DNA of 64,000 nt from an uncultured Verrucomicrobiota bacterium (GTDB taxonomy: Bacteria > Verrucomicrobiota > Verrucomicrobiia > Limisphaerales > UBA9464), in NCBI GenBank assembly GCA_903842505.1, contig CAIMMI010000130.1, positions 1,971-65,970 of the forward strand, in the 5' to 3' direction. This document shows positions 1-8,990 of the stretch, in pieces. The position numbers were made by a program, and so were the translations under genes. The stretch's first letter is position 1; every line of letters starts with the position of its first letter. The notes beneath the pieces were generated by a model that was not told the origin of the DNA, searched no databases, and saw only the letters and a program-made list of their open reading frames with translations.

Positions 1-1
1 C

Positions 2-433
2 CGCTTTCGGGGTGCAGCCTCCGCTGAGGATATCCGGACGCTTCTACCCAACACCCGGGCCTTGCTGGTTCCGTCGCTCTTTCCCGAAACCTTCGGGTAC
101 GTGCTGATCGAGGCCTGGTCCCAGGCGATCCCCACACTCGCAAGCACGGCGGGAGCGCTTCCTGAGGTCAGCGGGGCCGGCGGAGGGTGGGTCTGCGATT
201 CCACTGAGCTCTTTGGCACACGGATCGACCAATTCCTCGCCAGCCCGGAACTGGGACGAGAGCAGGGCGTCGCGCTGTGGAAGAAGTCCCGCGATCACTT
301 CTCCGAGGACTCCCACCTCGCCGCCTGGGAAGCCATCGTCCGCGGATCGGGTGTTGCTGGCTCCGCTCCCGGCAAGTCATCTTCCTCCCACCCGGCGGCC
401 CCTTCCCAAAACGAAGTTTCCTCAAGACCATGA
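2..433 (+). CDS. Glycosyltransferase family 1 (GT-B fold), C-terminal part; 5' end lies outside the window
   Basis: The frame is open from the window edge. The segment ALLVPSLFPETFGYVLIEAWSQAIPTLAS fits the GT1 'PS..E.FG..lEA...G.P' sugar-nucleotide binding signature. The TGA stop at 431-433 overlaps the next ATG (ATGA). Confidence 0.8.
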   Translation, partial: RFRGAASAEDIRTLLPNTRALLVPSLFPETFGYVLIEAWSQAIPTLASTAGALPEVSGAGGGWVCDSTELFGTRIDQFLASPELGREQGVALWKKSRDHFSEDSHLAAWEAIVRGSGVAGSAPGKSSSSHPAAPSQNEVSSRP

Positions 434-1371
434 ACCCTACCGCCCATCCACGCATCTCCGCCGTCCTCGTCGTCGGACGGCAGCGGTCCCGCGCCCAGCA
501 CGTCCTCAATCAGATCGGCCGGCAGTCCTGCGCGGGCCTGGAGGCGATCGTCATCGACCTCTGCCCGGACCAACCTCCGCTGACCCTGCCCGTCGACCTC
601 GAGCTCAAGCACGTGAGGGAAGCGTTCCCCGGTGGACTGGAGGAAGCACGGGCCCGCGCGGTGGCTTTCGCTCGTGCGCCGTACATCGCCTACCTCGAAG
701 ACCATTGCGCCCCGGAACCCGGGTGGGGCGAGGCCATCATCCGCGCCTTCGACAGCGGTCGATGGGCCGCCGTGGGATACTCGTTCATCAACGCCAACCC
801 TGAAAGCTGGGTCTCGCGCGCCTCCATGATGGCCGACTACGCACTCTGGGCTGCCCCGCATCCGGACATCGAAATGGAACTACTGCCGGGCAACAACGTC
901 GCCTATAGGCGAGAGATCCTGTTGGGCTATGGCGACCGATTGCCGGGTCTCCTGTCGCCGGACTTCGTCATGCACGAGCGGCTTCGAAAGGACGGACACC
1001 GTCTCTTCCTCGCCGGTTCCGCGCTGGCTTCGCACCAGAACCCCGAGGAACTCGGCTTCCTCCTGGCTGCCAACCACGCCTACTGCCGCCTGATCGCGCA
1101 TCATCGCGCTCAAGGCCAGGAATGGGGAGCAGGCCGTCGTTGGCTCTATACGATTGGCGTTCCACTCGGCGCCCCCGTCATCAAGTTGGCCCGCAACCTC
1201 GCTGCGCTCGCGCGCCGCCCAGTGCTGCTTCCAGCCTACTTCGCCTCGACGCCCGTCATTCTCATCGCCTTCTTCTGGTCCGCAGTCGGGGAAGCCCTCG
1301 GCTACACCTTCGGTCCGGGCCTCGCCAAGGAAGAGTTCGAGGAATACGAACTGAATCGCTCCAGGGTCTGA
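430..1371 (+). CDS. Glycosyltransferase-like protein (GT-A/GT2-like N-terminal domain with a hydrophobic C-terminal part)
   Basis: I use the internal ATG at 430 (MNPTAHPRISAVLVVGR...) of ORF 277..1371. It has a Rossmann-like beta-strand start (ISAVLVV), IVIDL, an acidic YLEDH motif in the DxD position, and a hydrophobic tail (VILIAFFWSAVGEALGY). It is translationally coupled to the upstream GT1 gene. Confidence 0.6.
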   Translation: MNPTAHPRISAVLVVGRQRSRAQHVLNQIGRQSCAGLEAIVIDLCPDQPPLTLPVDLELKHVREAFPGGLEEARARAVAFARAPYIAYLEDHCAPEPGWGEAIIRAFDSGRWAAVGYSFINANPESWVSRASMMADYALWAAPHPDIEMELLPGNNVAYRREILLGYGDRLPGLLSPDFVMHERLRKDGHRLFLAGSALASHQNPEELGFLLAANHAYCRLIAHHRAQGQEWGAGRRWLYTIGVPLGAPVIKLARNLAALARRPVLLPAYFASTPVILIAFFWSAVGEALGYTFGPGLAKEEFEEYELNRSRV

Positions 1372-1376
1372 ACCGA

Positions 1377-2252
1377 ATGCCCCGTATTTCCATCGTCCTC
1401 CCGGCCTACTTCTCCCACGCCACCCTGGGACGTTGCCTCGCGGCCATCGCCGCCCAGTCACGCCGGCCCGAGGAAACCATCGTCGTCAACAGTTCGCCCG
1501 ATTCCGACACCGCACCCGTCGTGGCAGGATTTCCATGGGTTCGGCTGATCCAAAGCCCCACACGACTGCTGCCTCACGCCGCCCGAAACCGCGGGCTAGC
1601 CGAGGCAACCGGCGACGTCCTCGTATGCTCGGATCCAGATGTCGTGGCCGAACCTCGCTGGCTGGAGGAACTCGAGGCTGCCATCGGAGCGGGCCATCCG
1701 CTCGTCGGTGGTGCCATGTCGATGCAACCGCATCCGCCCGCGCAAATCCGGGTCGCGCAAGCCATCCACCTGACCAAGTTCTGGTGGGCCCTGCCCGCCG
1801 GCATCGAACGGAACACCTGGATCGTGCCCACGGCCAACTGCGCATTCACCCGCCAGAGTTGGGAGCGGATCGGTCCCTTCCCCGAGAACGTCTTCTGCGG
1901 GGATGCCCTGTTTTCCTGGAAGGCGGCCCGCGCCGACTCCGCGCCCTGGTTTCTCCCGCAGGCGATCGTGAACCACGAGCACGACGAAACGGTCGCCATG
2001 ATGCGCACCCAGCGATTCCGTCGCGGGGTCGAGTTCGGAAGGGAGCGCGCCCGATGGGAAGGCTGGTCGCCAGGACGACGCTGGTCGCAGGCGTTCGCCT
2101 CGCCGCTCCGGACGCTGGCCGTCCTGCATCACGCCCGAAAGGCAGCCCATGCCGCTGGCTGGGGTGATGCCTTCCGCAACTCCGTCTCCCTGCAGGCTCT
2201 CTTCCAGGCCGCATGGACCACCGGCGAGGCACGGGGCTGGATACAGGCCTGA
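1377..2252 (+). CDS. Glycosyltransferase family 2
   Basis: I use the internal ATG at 1377 (MPRISIVLPAYFSHATLGRCLAAIAAQSRRPEETIVVNSSPDSDT...DVLVCSDPDV). This is a classic GT2 N-terminus with a DxD-like SDPD motif. It starts 6 nt after the previous stop. Confidence 0.8.
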   Translation: MPRISIVLPAYFSHATLGRCLAAIAAQSRRPEETIVVNSSPDSDTAPVVAGFPWVRLIQSPTRLLPHAARNRGLAEATGDVLVCSDPDVVAEPRWLEELEAAIGAGHPLVGGAMSMQPHPPAQIRVAQAIHLTKFWWALPAGIERNTWIVPTANCAFTRQSWERIGPFPENVFCGDALFSWKAARADSAPWFLPQAIVNHEHDETVAMMRTQRFRRGVEFGRERARWEGWSPGRRWSQAFASPLRTLAVLHHARKAAHAAGWGDAFRNSVSLQALFQAAWTTGEARGWIQA

Positions 2253-2357
2253 ATCCTGGCCCACCTCGTCGCAGTTGCATCGCATCCGGCTTCCCACTAT
2301 TCCGCGACACCATGCAAAGCAAGGCCACCACCGTCGCTGAACCTAGAAACCGCGGCT

Positions 2358-2500
2358 CGATCCACAGATTACACCGATTCCACGGATTGGAAGCCGGTTG
2401 AGAGAGGCTGGCGTTTCACCCTGCGGGTGACGGGGAAGCCGCGATGCGGTGGGGCCTCTTGTTACAGTCCATCTGTGAAATCTGTGGATAACCCAACTGC
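2358..2500. repeat. MITE-like dispersed repeat, copy A (about 145 bp with terminal inverted repeats)
   Basis: The ends gatccacagattacaccga and tctgtgaaatctgtggata are inverted repeats. There is an internal hairpin, tttcaccctgcgggtga. A near-identical copy lies in opposite orientation at 31592-31745. Confidence 0.75.
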
Positions 2501-2668
2501 CGTTTTCAGGCTGAATACTTCCAGAGCCTGCCCGATGACCGCCGGAAGGCCATCGAGGCCGTCCGCCGCGTCTCGGTCAAGGGCTACATCCAGTTCTACG
2601 AAGCCGCCCTCCGGAAGCAGGCTACCGACCGGGAAGCCCGGAAGGCGGCGAGGACCACCCGGAAGTAG
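2492..2668 (+). pseudogene. Possible 5'-truncated gene remnant (protein-like C-terminal 58 codons with no usable start codon)
   Basis: The frame reads ..AEYFQSLPDDRRKAIEAVRRVSVKGYIQFYEAALRKQATDREARKAARTTRK*. Its composition is protein-like, unlike the surrounding Arg/Pro-rich artefact ORFs. It begins right after an in-frame TAA inside repeat copy A and contains no ATG, GTG or TTG. Confidence 0.3.
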
Positions 2669-2797
2669 CAGCGAAGGTCAGGACGCTGGGGCGGAGAGTT
2701 CCCGGTTTCCAGATCCCAGTTCTGGCAAATTCCCAACATCCGCCTCCTCACGTCGTCGGCTACCCTCGCAGTGTAGCAGCGGACGTCAGGACGCTGG
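2665..2797. repeat. Intergenic composite of 22-bp inverted-repeat arms (GTAGC.G.CGACGT.AGGAGGC family) and heptad tract
   Basis: The layout is gtagcagcgaaggtcaggacgctgg (2665-), then heptad-like ccagatcccagttctggcaaat, then gcctcctcacgtcgtcggctac (2742-2763), a 9-nt loop, and gtagcagcggacgtcaggacgc (2773-2794). It sits just downstream of the fabF stop. Confidence 0.8.
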
Positions 2798-2809
2798 GTG
2801 AAGAACAAG

Positions 2810-4069
2810 TCACCCGCGGAACCGACGACCGATCAGCACGGCGTTGTGCCCGCCGAAACCGAACGAATCATTCAGGAACACATCGATCCGGCGTTCCTGC
2901 GGCGTATTCGGCACGCAGTTCAGCGTGCAGGCCGGATCCGGGTTGTCGAGATTGAGCGTCGGCGGCGCCACCTGCGCCTCGACCGCCTTGCAGCAGATCA
3001 CGCTCTCGATGCCGCCCGCCGCTCCCAGCATGTGGCCGGTCGCCCCCTTGGTGGAACTCACCGCCAGATTCTGGGCGTGTGAACCAAAGACCCGCTGCAA
3101 CGCCCGCACCTCGCACATGTCGCCCGCGGGCGTCGACGTCGCGTGCGCATTGACGTAGTCCACCGTATCCGACGCGATGCCGGCGTGCCGCAGCGCCATC
3201 TGGATCGCCCGTGCCGCGCCGGAACCTTCCGGATCCGGGGAGGTCATGTGGTTCGCGTCACAGGTATTGCCGTAGCCCAGGACCTCGCAGTAGATGCGCG
3301 CCCCACGCTTGAGGGCGTGGTCGAGTTCCTCCAGGACCAGCACCGCGGCACCTTCACCCATCACGAAACCATCACGATCCCGGTCAAATGGCCGGCTTGA
3401 CCGTTGAGGGTCATCGTTCCGGGTGCTCATCGCCCGCATCGCCGCAAATCCGCTCATGCCGAGAGGCACGATCGTCGCCTCCGTCCCGCCAGCGAACATC
3501 ACCGAGGCGTCGCCCCGCTTGATCGTCGCCCAGGCCTCGCCGATCGCGTGGTTGCTCGTCGCACAGGCTGAGCAGGTCGCGAAATTCGGCCCGCGCAACC
3601 GGTGGTAGAGCGCGAACAGGCCCGAAGCCATGTTCAGGATCAGCATCGGGATCATGAACGGCGAGACCCGCCCCGGCCCCTTGGCGAGCAGGATCTTGTG
3701 CTGTTCTTCCGTCGTCTGCAGGCCGCCGATGCCCGATCCGATGAAGACCCCGATCTCGTCGAGGTTCTCCTTTTCGAGGTCGAGCCCCGAATCCTTCAGC
3801 GCGCCCCAACCGGCGTAGACGCCGAAGTGGGTGAACCGATCCGTCCGGCGGACCTCCTTTGGACTCGGGAATCCGGGGGTGGGATCGAAGCCGCGGACCT
3901 CCGCCGCGATCTGGCAATCATACCCGGTGATGTCGAAGTGCGTCACGCGATCGACGCCGCACTTGCCCGCCAGAATGTTGCGCCAGACCGTGTCGGCATC
4001 GGTGCCGAGGGACGACACGCAACCCAAGCCAGTGACTACGACCCGGCGTTCAGACCAATTGCTGCCCAT
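2810..4069 (-). CDS. fabF: 3-oxoacyl-[ACP] synthase II (KAS II)
   Basis: The full-length 419-aa ORF reads RVVVTGLGCVSSLGTDADTVWRNILAGKCGV..., with the active-site Cys context ATCSACATSNHAIGEA, then NAHATSTPAGD and GHMLGAAG. It lies directly downstream of acpP. Confidence 0.95.
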   Translation of the reverse strand: MGSNWSERRVVVTGLGCVSSLGTDADTVWRNILAGKCGVDRVTHFDITGYDCQIAAEVRGFDPTPGFPSPKEVRRTDRFTHFGVYAGWGALKDSGLDLEKENLDEIGVFIGSGIGGLQTTEEQHKILLAKGPGRVSPFMIPMLILNMASGLFALYHRLRGPNFATCSACATSNHAIGEAWATIKRGDASVMFAGGTEATIVPLGMSGFAAMRAMSTRNDDPQRSSRPFDRDRDGFVMGEGAAVLVLEELDHALKRGARIYCEVLGYGNTCDANHMTSPDPEGSGAARAIQMALRHAGIASDTVDYVNAHATSTPAGDMCEVRALQRVFGSHAQNLAVSSTKGATGHMLGAAGGIESVICCKAVEAQVAPPTLNLDNPDPACTLNCVPNTPQERRIDVFLNDSFGFGGHNAVLIGRRFRG

Positions 4070-4261
4070 AACAGTGGGAAGATGACGTTGAAAAGCGTCC
4101 GGGTGCGAAAGGAAAATCAGGACCTGCGAAGGCGAACGCTACCCGGTCGTTGCCCTCAGAACCCGGAATCACGCCTGGAACCCGCCAGACGGAGCCCGAT
4201 CAACGAAAGTTGGAAGTGGACCCGGCAAGCTCGCTTTCGATGCGCCCCGCCCGGCCCTCAT

Positions 4262-4300
4262 GAAAACAAAAGGGCAGCTCGGGGTTACCGGGCTGCCCTT
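4262..4300 (-). terminator. Rho-independent terminator/attenuator hairpin between acpP and fabF
   Basis: On the minus strand, AAGGGCAGC - 13-nt loop - GCUGCCCUU is followed by UUGUUUUC. It starts 17 nt after the acpP stop. Confidence 0.7.
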
Positions 4301-4316
4301 CCGCATCGGACATCCC

Positions 4317-4562
4317 TTACTTGCTCTGCGATTCTTCGATGTAACGGATGACGTCTCCGACGCTGGTCAGCTTCTCAGCTTCGTCGTCGGGGATCTCGTG
4401 GCCGAACTCCTCTTCCAAAGCCATGACGAGTTCCACGGTGTCGAGTGAATCGGCACCGAGGTCCTCAATGAACTTCGCTTCGGGAGTGACCTGGTCCGCA
4501 TTCACGCCGAGCTGCTCGACGATGATGTCCTTGATGCGCTGCTCGATGGTTTTCTCAGCCAT
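4317..4562 (-). CDS. acpP: Acyl carrier protein
   Basis: This 81-aa protein has the canonical phosphopantetheine site [20 protein letters not shown]. Confidence 0.97.
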   Translation of the reverse strand: MAEKTIEQRIKDIIVEQLGVNADQVTPEAKFIEDLGADSLDTVELVMALEEEFGHEIPDDEAEKLTSVGDVIRYIEESQSK

Positions 4563-4649
4563 GGTGCTTCCAGTTGTTATTTACGTGGCCTGTCTAGGCG
4601 TGGGGGTGGGTAGCGTCAAGCCCTCATCCAATCCAAAATTTTGCTTCCC

Positions 4650-5393
4650 TCACATCACCATTCCCCCATCCACCACCAGAACCTGCCCCGTGACGTACCG
4701 TCCGCCGGGTCCCGCGAGATACAGGACGGCCTCCGCGATGTCCTCGCCGCGACCGAATCCAGCCAGCGGAATCTGAGTCAGCAACGCGGCCCGCTGCTCC
4801 TCCTTCAGCACGGACGTCATGTCCGTCTCGATGAACCCCGGTGCGATCGCATTGCACGTGACCCCGCGCGAACCCAACTCCCGCGCCACCGACTTGGTGA
4901 ACCCGATCAGTCCAGCCTTGCTCGCCGCATAGTTGCACTGGCCCGCGTTGCCCATCAGTCCGATCACCGATGCAATATTGATGATCCGGCCGGACCGTTG
5001 CTTCAGCAGCGCCCGCGTGAAGGCCTTTGTCAGGACGAACGCGCCGCGCAGGTTCGTGTCCAGCACCGCATCCCAATCCGCCTCGCTCATCCGCATCAGC
5101 AACCCATCCCGCGTGACCCCGGCATTGTTCACCAGGATGTCCACCCGGCCCGCCTCCGCGAGGATCTTCTCCGCTGCCGCCACCACCTGCGCCGAATCCG
5201 AGACGTCCACCGCCATGGCCCACGCCCGACGCCCCAACGCCCGAACCTCCGCCGCCACCTTTTCGGAATTCTCCACCGTGCGGGACACGCACACGATGTC
5301 CGCACCGGCTTCGGCCAACCGGAGCGCAATGGCCCGGCCAATTCCACGTCCCGCACCGGTCACCACGGCAATCTGCTGAGCAAGCTGACTCAT
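4650..5393 (-). CDS. fabG: 3-oxoacyl-[ACP] reductase (SDR)
   Basis: I use the internal ATG at 5393 (MSQLAQQIAVVTGAGRGIGRAIA...), with NNAG, the catalytic YAASKAG motif and the PGFIETDM motif. The protein is 247 aa. The upstream extension of ORF 4650..5786 is Arg/Gly-rich and was rejected. Confidence 0.93.
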   Translation of the reverse strand: MSQLAQQIAVVTGAGRGIGRAIALRLAEAGADIVCVSRTVENSEKVAAEVRALGRRAWAMAVDVSDSAQVVAAAEKILAEAGRVDILVNNAGVTRDGLLMRMSEADWDAVLDTNLRGAFVLTKAFTRALLKQRSGRIINIASVIGLMGNAGQCNYAASKAGLIGFTKSVARELGSRGVTCNAIAPGFIETDMTSVLKEEQRAALLTQIPLAGFGRGEDIAEAVLYLAGPGGRYVTGQVLVVDGGMVM

Positions 5394-5440
5394 AAGGCCG
5401 CGATTGGGCGGAACGACGACGCCCGGTGTCAAATCCGGAG

Positions 5441-6223
5441 TCAGGCCCACCCCTTCCAACGGTAGTACCAATACCCGAGTTGCTCGTGCACCCACTGGGA
5501 GAAGAACCGGAACCGCTCCACGTCCGGCAGCACGCTCCACTGCAATTCCGCCCGCATCCGATCCGATCCGTTGAACTCCGCCCCGACCGCATAGACGTCT
5601 GGTACGCCGGCCTTGCGCAACGCCGCCTCTCCGCGCCGGAGGTGGAATCCACTGCTGACCACCAGCACCCGGCGCCATCCGTTCGACCTCGCCAAAGTCG
5701 CCACCTGCACCGCCTCGTCGTGCGTGTTGGCGCTCGGTGCGAGCAGGATCGTTCGGCCCGCCGGCAGCCGCCATCCCCGGATCCACACGTCGAGGAACTC
5801 CGCATCATTGATCTGCCGTCCGAACCACGGGACCGAGGCGCCGCCCAACACCAGGTTTGGGGCCCGCCCCTGACGCATCAACTCCAGCGCAACCAACGGC
5901 CGGTCTCCACTGGAACCCAGGTTGAAGGGAAGAACCGTGCTCGGCGAATGGTCATGGGTGCCGCCCAGCATGACCACGGCGTCTCCCATGGGTACCTGTC
6001 GGCTTCCCGCCACATACGGACGTTCCAACCTCTCCAGCAACCACTCGGTCAATGGCGTCGACCCAATACCCCAGAGGACACCGAGCAACGCGAGACAGGT
6101 TCCCGCCGTCCTCGGCCGCCCCAGCCAAAGGCTTCGGATCACCAAAACCGCCAACCCGAGAAAAACCCAGGTCAGCGGCTGCAGCATCTGTTCCACCCGC
6201 ACCGCCAGATTCGCCGCGATCAT
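5441..6223 (-). CDS. DUF218 (YdcF/ElyC-like) membrane-anchored protein
   Basis: I use the internal ATG at 6223 (MIAANLAVRVEQMLQPLTWVFLGLAVLVI..., an N-terminal TM segment). It carries DUF218-type blocks VVMLGG, LLAPSANTHDEA and VLVVSSGFHLRR. The start lies 1 nt after the upstream gene's stop. Confidence 0.75.
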   Translation of the reverse strand: MIAANLAVRVEQMLQPLTWVFLGLAVLVIRSLWLGRPRTAGTCLALLGVLWGIGSTPLTEWLLERLERPYVAGSRQVPMGDAVVMLGGTHDHSPSTVLPFNLGSSGDRPLVALELMRQGRAPNLVLGGASVPWFGRQINDAEFLDVWIRGWRLPAGRTILLAPSANTHDEAVQVATLARSNGWRRVLVVSSGFHLRRGEAALRKAGVPDVYAVGAEFNGSDRMRAELQWSVLPDVERFRFFSQWVHEQLGYWYYRWKGWA

Positions 6224-6224
6224 G

Positions 6225-8900
6225 TCAGTCCTGCGGCAGGTTCCGGAACCAGCGCTCATCCCGCGCCTGGAGCGGCACCATGATCTCCATCCAACCCACG
6301 CGCCCCGGCGCATTCGTGTAAACCGCCGGCGTCCCGCCCAACACATCCGAATAATCCAGCTGGTACCGTTTCCCGAATCCCGTCGGAAAAGTCGCCCGAA
6401 CCGCATTGCCGTCGATCAGTGCCACCGTCGGCGGGAACAGCGGATTTCCATCGATCGGCGAAAGGTCCAGGAACTGCTCCCGCACCAGTTGCAACCCGTC
6501 GCCGTCCACATCGTCCGCCGGTCCCTTGCCCAGGTCCCCGAACCAACGCCGCTCCCACGCATCGTCCAATCCGTCCGTGTCTTCATCCGGGATGTCCACG
6601 CCATCCACCAGCAACTCCGCTCCCAGGATCGTTCCCGAGTCAAACTGCCGCACGTCCGTCACGTCCAACCGCCACGTTCCCTGCGCAGGCTCCATCAGGT
6701 GATGCGTACTCCAGTACGTCCAATCCTGCGGCCCGGCAAAGCTGTCGAAATTCGGATTCTGCAACACCGACCGGGTCCCCTTCGGAGAGACCAGCGTGAT
6801 CCGCAGATCTCCACGGCTCGAATGCGTCGTCCGCAACCGGACCCCGACATGCTCGCACAAGGTCGTGTTCGTGACCGTGAAGTTCATCGAGGCCGTCGTC
6901 ACCGAGATCCGCGCCGTCACGTTCGTCCGACCCGCGATCAGCCGGGCCAGCGTTTCTCCCTCGGTCTGCCCCAGGTACACGGTCGGGATCGGCGCATACG
7001 ACGTCGCGTCCATGATCTCCAGGTCGCTCCCGTTCGCATTGCCGTGAATCACCGCCATCGTTGCCCCCGCCTTCGCCGCCCGCGCGATCTTGTCCGCGTA
7101 GGTGTTCACCCCTCCCGCAATCAGCACCGCGTGCCCCGCCACGCTTGCCGGCAGGTTCGTCTGTCCACGCCCCACGTAGTCGAACAGAGCCGCCAACGTC
7201 CCGCCGTTCGGATACACCCCCATCGATGGCAAGACCCGCAGGTTCCTCAGGTTTGCCGGCAGACCTGTTCCGAACACCAGCAACCGGAAACTGTCGTCCG
7301 GAATGACGAGCGGGCTGTTCCGCACTACCCGCACCCTTTTGGATGCCGACCGGGGCAGCCAGTGCTTCGCCAGAGCCACCGCCAATCCCGCGTCGGGCAC
7401 GCCAAAGCCCTGGTTGTGGCTCACCAACAAACCCGCGGAATTCGTCGTCAGGTCCGGATCGGCCAGATCCGCATGCCGTGCCGACAACGCCAGCACCTGC
7501 TGCACGTCCCGGTATCCCAACTCCGGCCTTGCCGAAAGGATCAACGCCACCACCCCCGAGATCACCGGCGCCGACGCCGACGTCCCGTTGAACGCCACGG
7601 TTCCCTGGATGTAGTCGCCCGCGTCCCCGGACGTCGTGTTGTACCCGAGCGCCCCTCGCCGATCCGTTGTCACCAGGTTGGGCGCCGCCGGATCCTCCGA
7701 CCCGTCAGACCTCGGGTCTCCGCTCGGACCGCCCACGAGGATCGACGCCCCGGGACTGCTGTACTTCGTCGCCCGTCCGTCCAGACGCACCGCCGCCACC
7801 GCGATCACGCGCGGATCCGAGGCGTATCCGTCGTCACACGCATTGTGCAGATCCTCGCGCCCATTCCCCGCTGAACGGACAAGCACCACCCCCTTGCCCT
7901 GCCGACCGGTCTTGACCGCGGTTTCGATTGCCGAATCGGGAAGGATCCCAACCGCCAACTGGAAGTCACCGCCATTGCCCCAACTGTGGTTCTGCACGTC
8001 GACCACGTCCGTTCGATACCGGAACATGTCGGCCAGTGCATCGTCGGGCACGATCCGTTCCCCACCCAGACCGTTGGACTCGAAGATGACCATCGCCGCG
8101 AGGGATGCCTCAGGAGCCACGCCTGCCACGCCGCGGTTGTTCTCGGCCGTCGCCACGATCAACCCGGCAACCGCCGTTCCGTGATCACCCGCCGCCGTGC
8201 TCAAGGCCACCGGCGTTGACGCGGCAAAATTGAAGTGCGGTTGCCCGCTCGCCCGCGCCGTCAGGTCGAGGTGCCCCACATCCACGCCGTTGTCCACAAC
8301 CCCCACCACCACTCCAGCCCCACGCGCCACCGGCCACGCCGCCCGCGCATCGATGTCGATGCCCTTCGGTCGAAACGCCGTGTTCCGGTTCTCCAGATGC
8401 CATTGGCGACTGAACAGGGTGTCCTTCGGCCGCGCCGAGTAAGGGGTGTGCAAGACCAGGTCCCGCCGCATCACCGGGTGCGAGGCCACGACCCCGTCCA
8501 TGGTCGCCAACTCCGCCGCCTGCTCCGCCGCCACGACCGGATCCGCCGCCTCCCAGATTCCGATCCCCGGCGCAAACTCCCGGACGAACTTCAGGGGCCG
8601 ACCCTCCGCCATTTTCGCCAGTTCCACCCCGGACTCCACCGCCACCACGACCCGCCGCCCCATCTCCAGCTTGCCGCCACGTCCATCCGCCCGCCGCACC
8701 GTCACCCATTCGGCAGGCGGACCCACCACCGCCGCGGGCGCTGCCGCCCGCACGTTCAGGTCCGTGTCCAACTCATACCGGACCTCGCCAGGCTCCCGGA
8801 ACCGGAACGTCTGTGCCGCATTCAGCGTCACGGCCACGGTACAGGAGAACATCAGGGTGGCGAACAACGGCGGCATCCGGGACAAGGCGCGCGAGGACAT
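6225..8900 (-). CDS. Secreted subtilisin/kexin-like serine protease (peptidase S8) with PA-like insert, proprotein-convertase P-domain and acidic Ca-binding-type repeats
   Basis: I use the start MSSRALSRMPPLFATLMFSCTVAV (signal-like) at 8900. The catalytic triad contexts are VVDNGVD (Asp), GDHGTAVAG (His) and FNGTSASAPVISG (Ser). A P-domain-like segment reads CEHVGVRLRTTHSSRGDLRITLVSPKGTRSVL..GTWRLDVTD. An acidic stretch reads DIPDEDTDGLDDAWERRWFG..DDVDGDG. The 338 codons upstream in ORF 6225..9914 are Gly/Glu/Ala-rich antisense of gene 8991+ and were rejected. Confidence 0.88.
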   Translation of the reverse strand: MSSRALSRMPPLFATLMFSCTVAVTLNAAQTFRFREPGEVRYELDTDLNVRAAAPAAVVGPPAEWVTVRRADGRGGKLEMGRRVVVAVESGVELAKMAEGRPLKFVREFAPGIGIWEAADPVVAAEQAAELATMDGVVASHPVMRRDLVLHTPYSARPKDTLFSRQWHLENRNTAFRPKGIDIDARAAWPVARGAGVVVGVVDNGVDVGHLDLTARASGQPHFNFAASTPVALSTAAGDHGTAVAGLIVATAENNRGVAGVAPEASLAAMVIFESNGLGGERIVPDDALADMFRYRTDVVDVQNHSWGNGGDFQLAVGILPDSAIETAVKTGRQGKGVVLVRSAGNGREDLHNACDDGYASDPRVIAVAAVRLDGRATKYSSPGASILVGGPSGDPRSDGSEDPAAPNLVTTDRRGALGYNTTSGDAGDYIQGTVAFNGTSASAPVISGVVALILSARPELGYRDVQQVLALSARHADLADPDLTTNSAGLLVSHNQGFGVPDAGLAVALAKHWLPRSASKRVRVVRNSPLVIPDDSFRLLVFGTGLPANLRNLRVLPSMGVYPNGGTLAALFDYVGRGQTNLPASVAGHAVLIAGGVNTYADKIARAAKAGATMAVIHGNANGSDLEIMDATSYAPIPTVYLGQTEGETLARLIAGRTNVTARISVTTASMNFTVTNTTLCEHVGVRLRTTHSSRGDLRITLVSPKGTRSVLQNPNFDSFAGPQDWTYWSTHHLMEPAQGTWRLDVTDVRQFDSGTILGAELLVDGVDIPDEDTDGLDDAWERRWFGDLGKGPADDVDGDGLQLVREQFLDLSPIDGNPLFPPTVALIDGNAVRATFPTGFGKRYQLDYSDVLGGTPAVYTNAPGRVGWMEIMVPLQARDERWFRNLPQD

Positions 8901-8990
8901 GCGGACGCACACTAGTCCTGCCAGTGCCGGAGTCCATCCCAAGTCCTTGTTGCCGCGCCCCGCCCAATCCCGTTTGCTCTCTCCCACACC

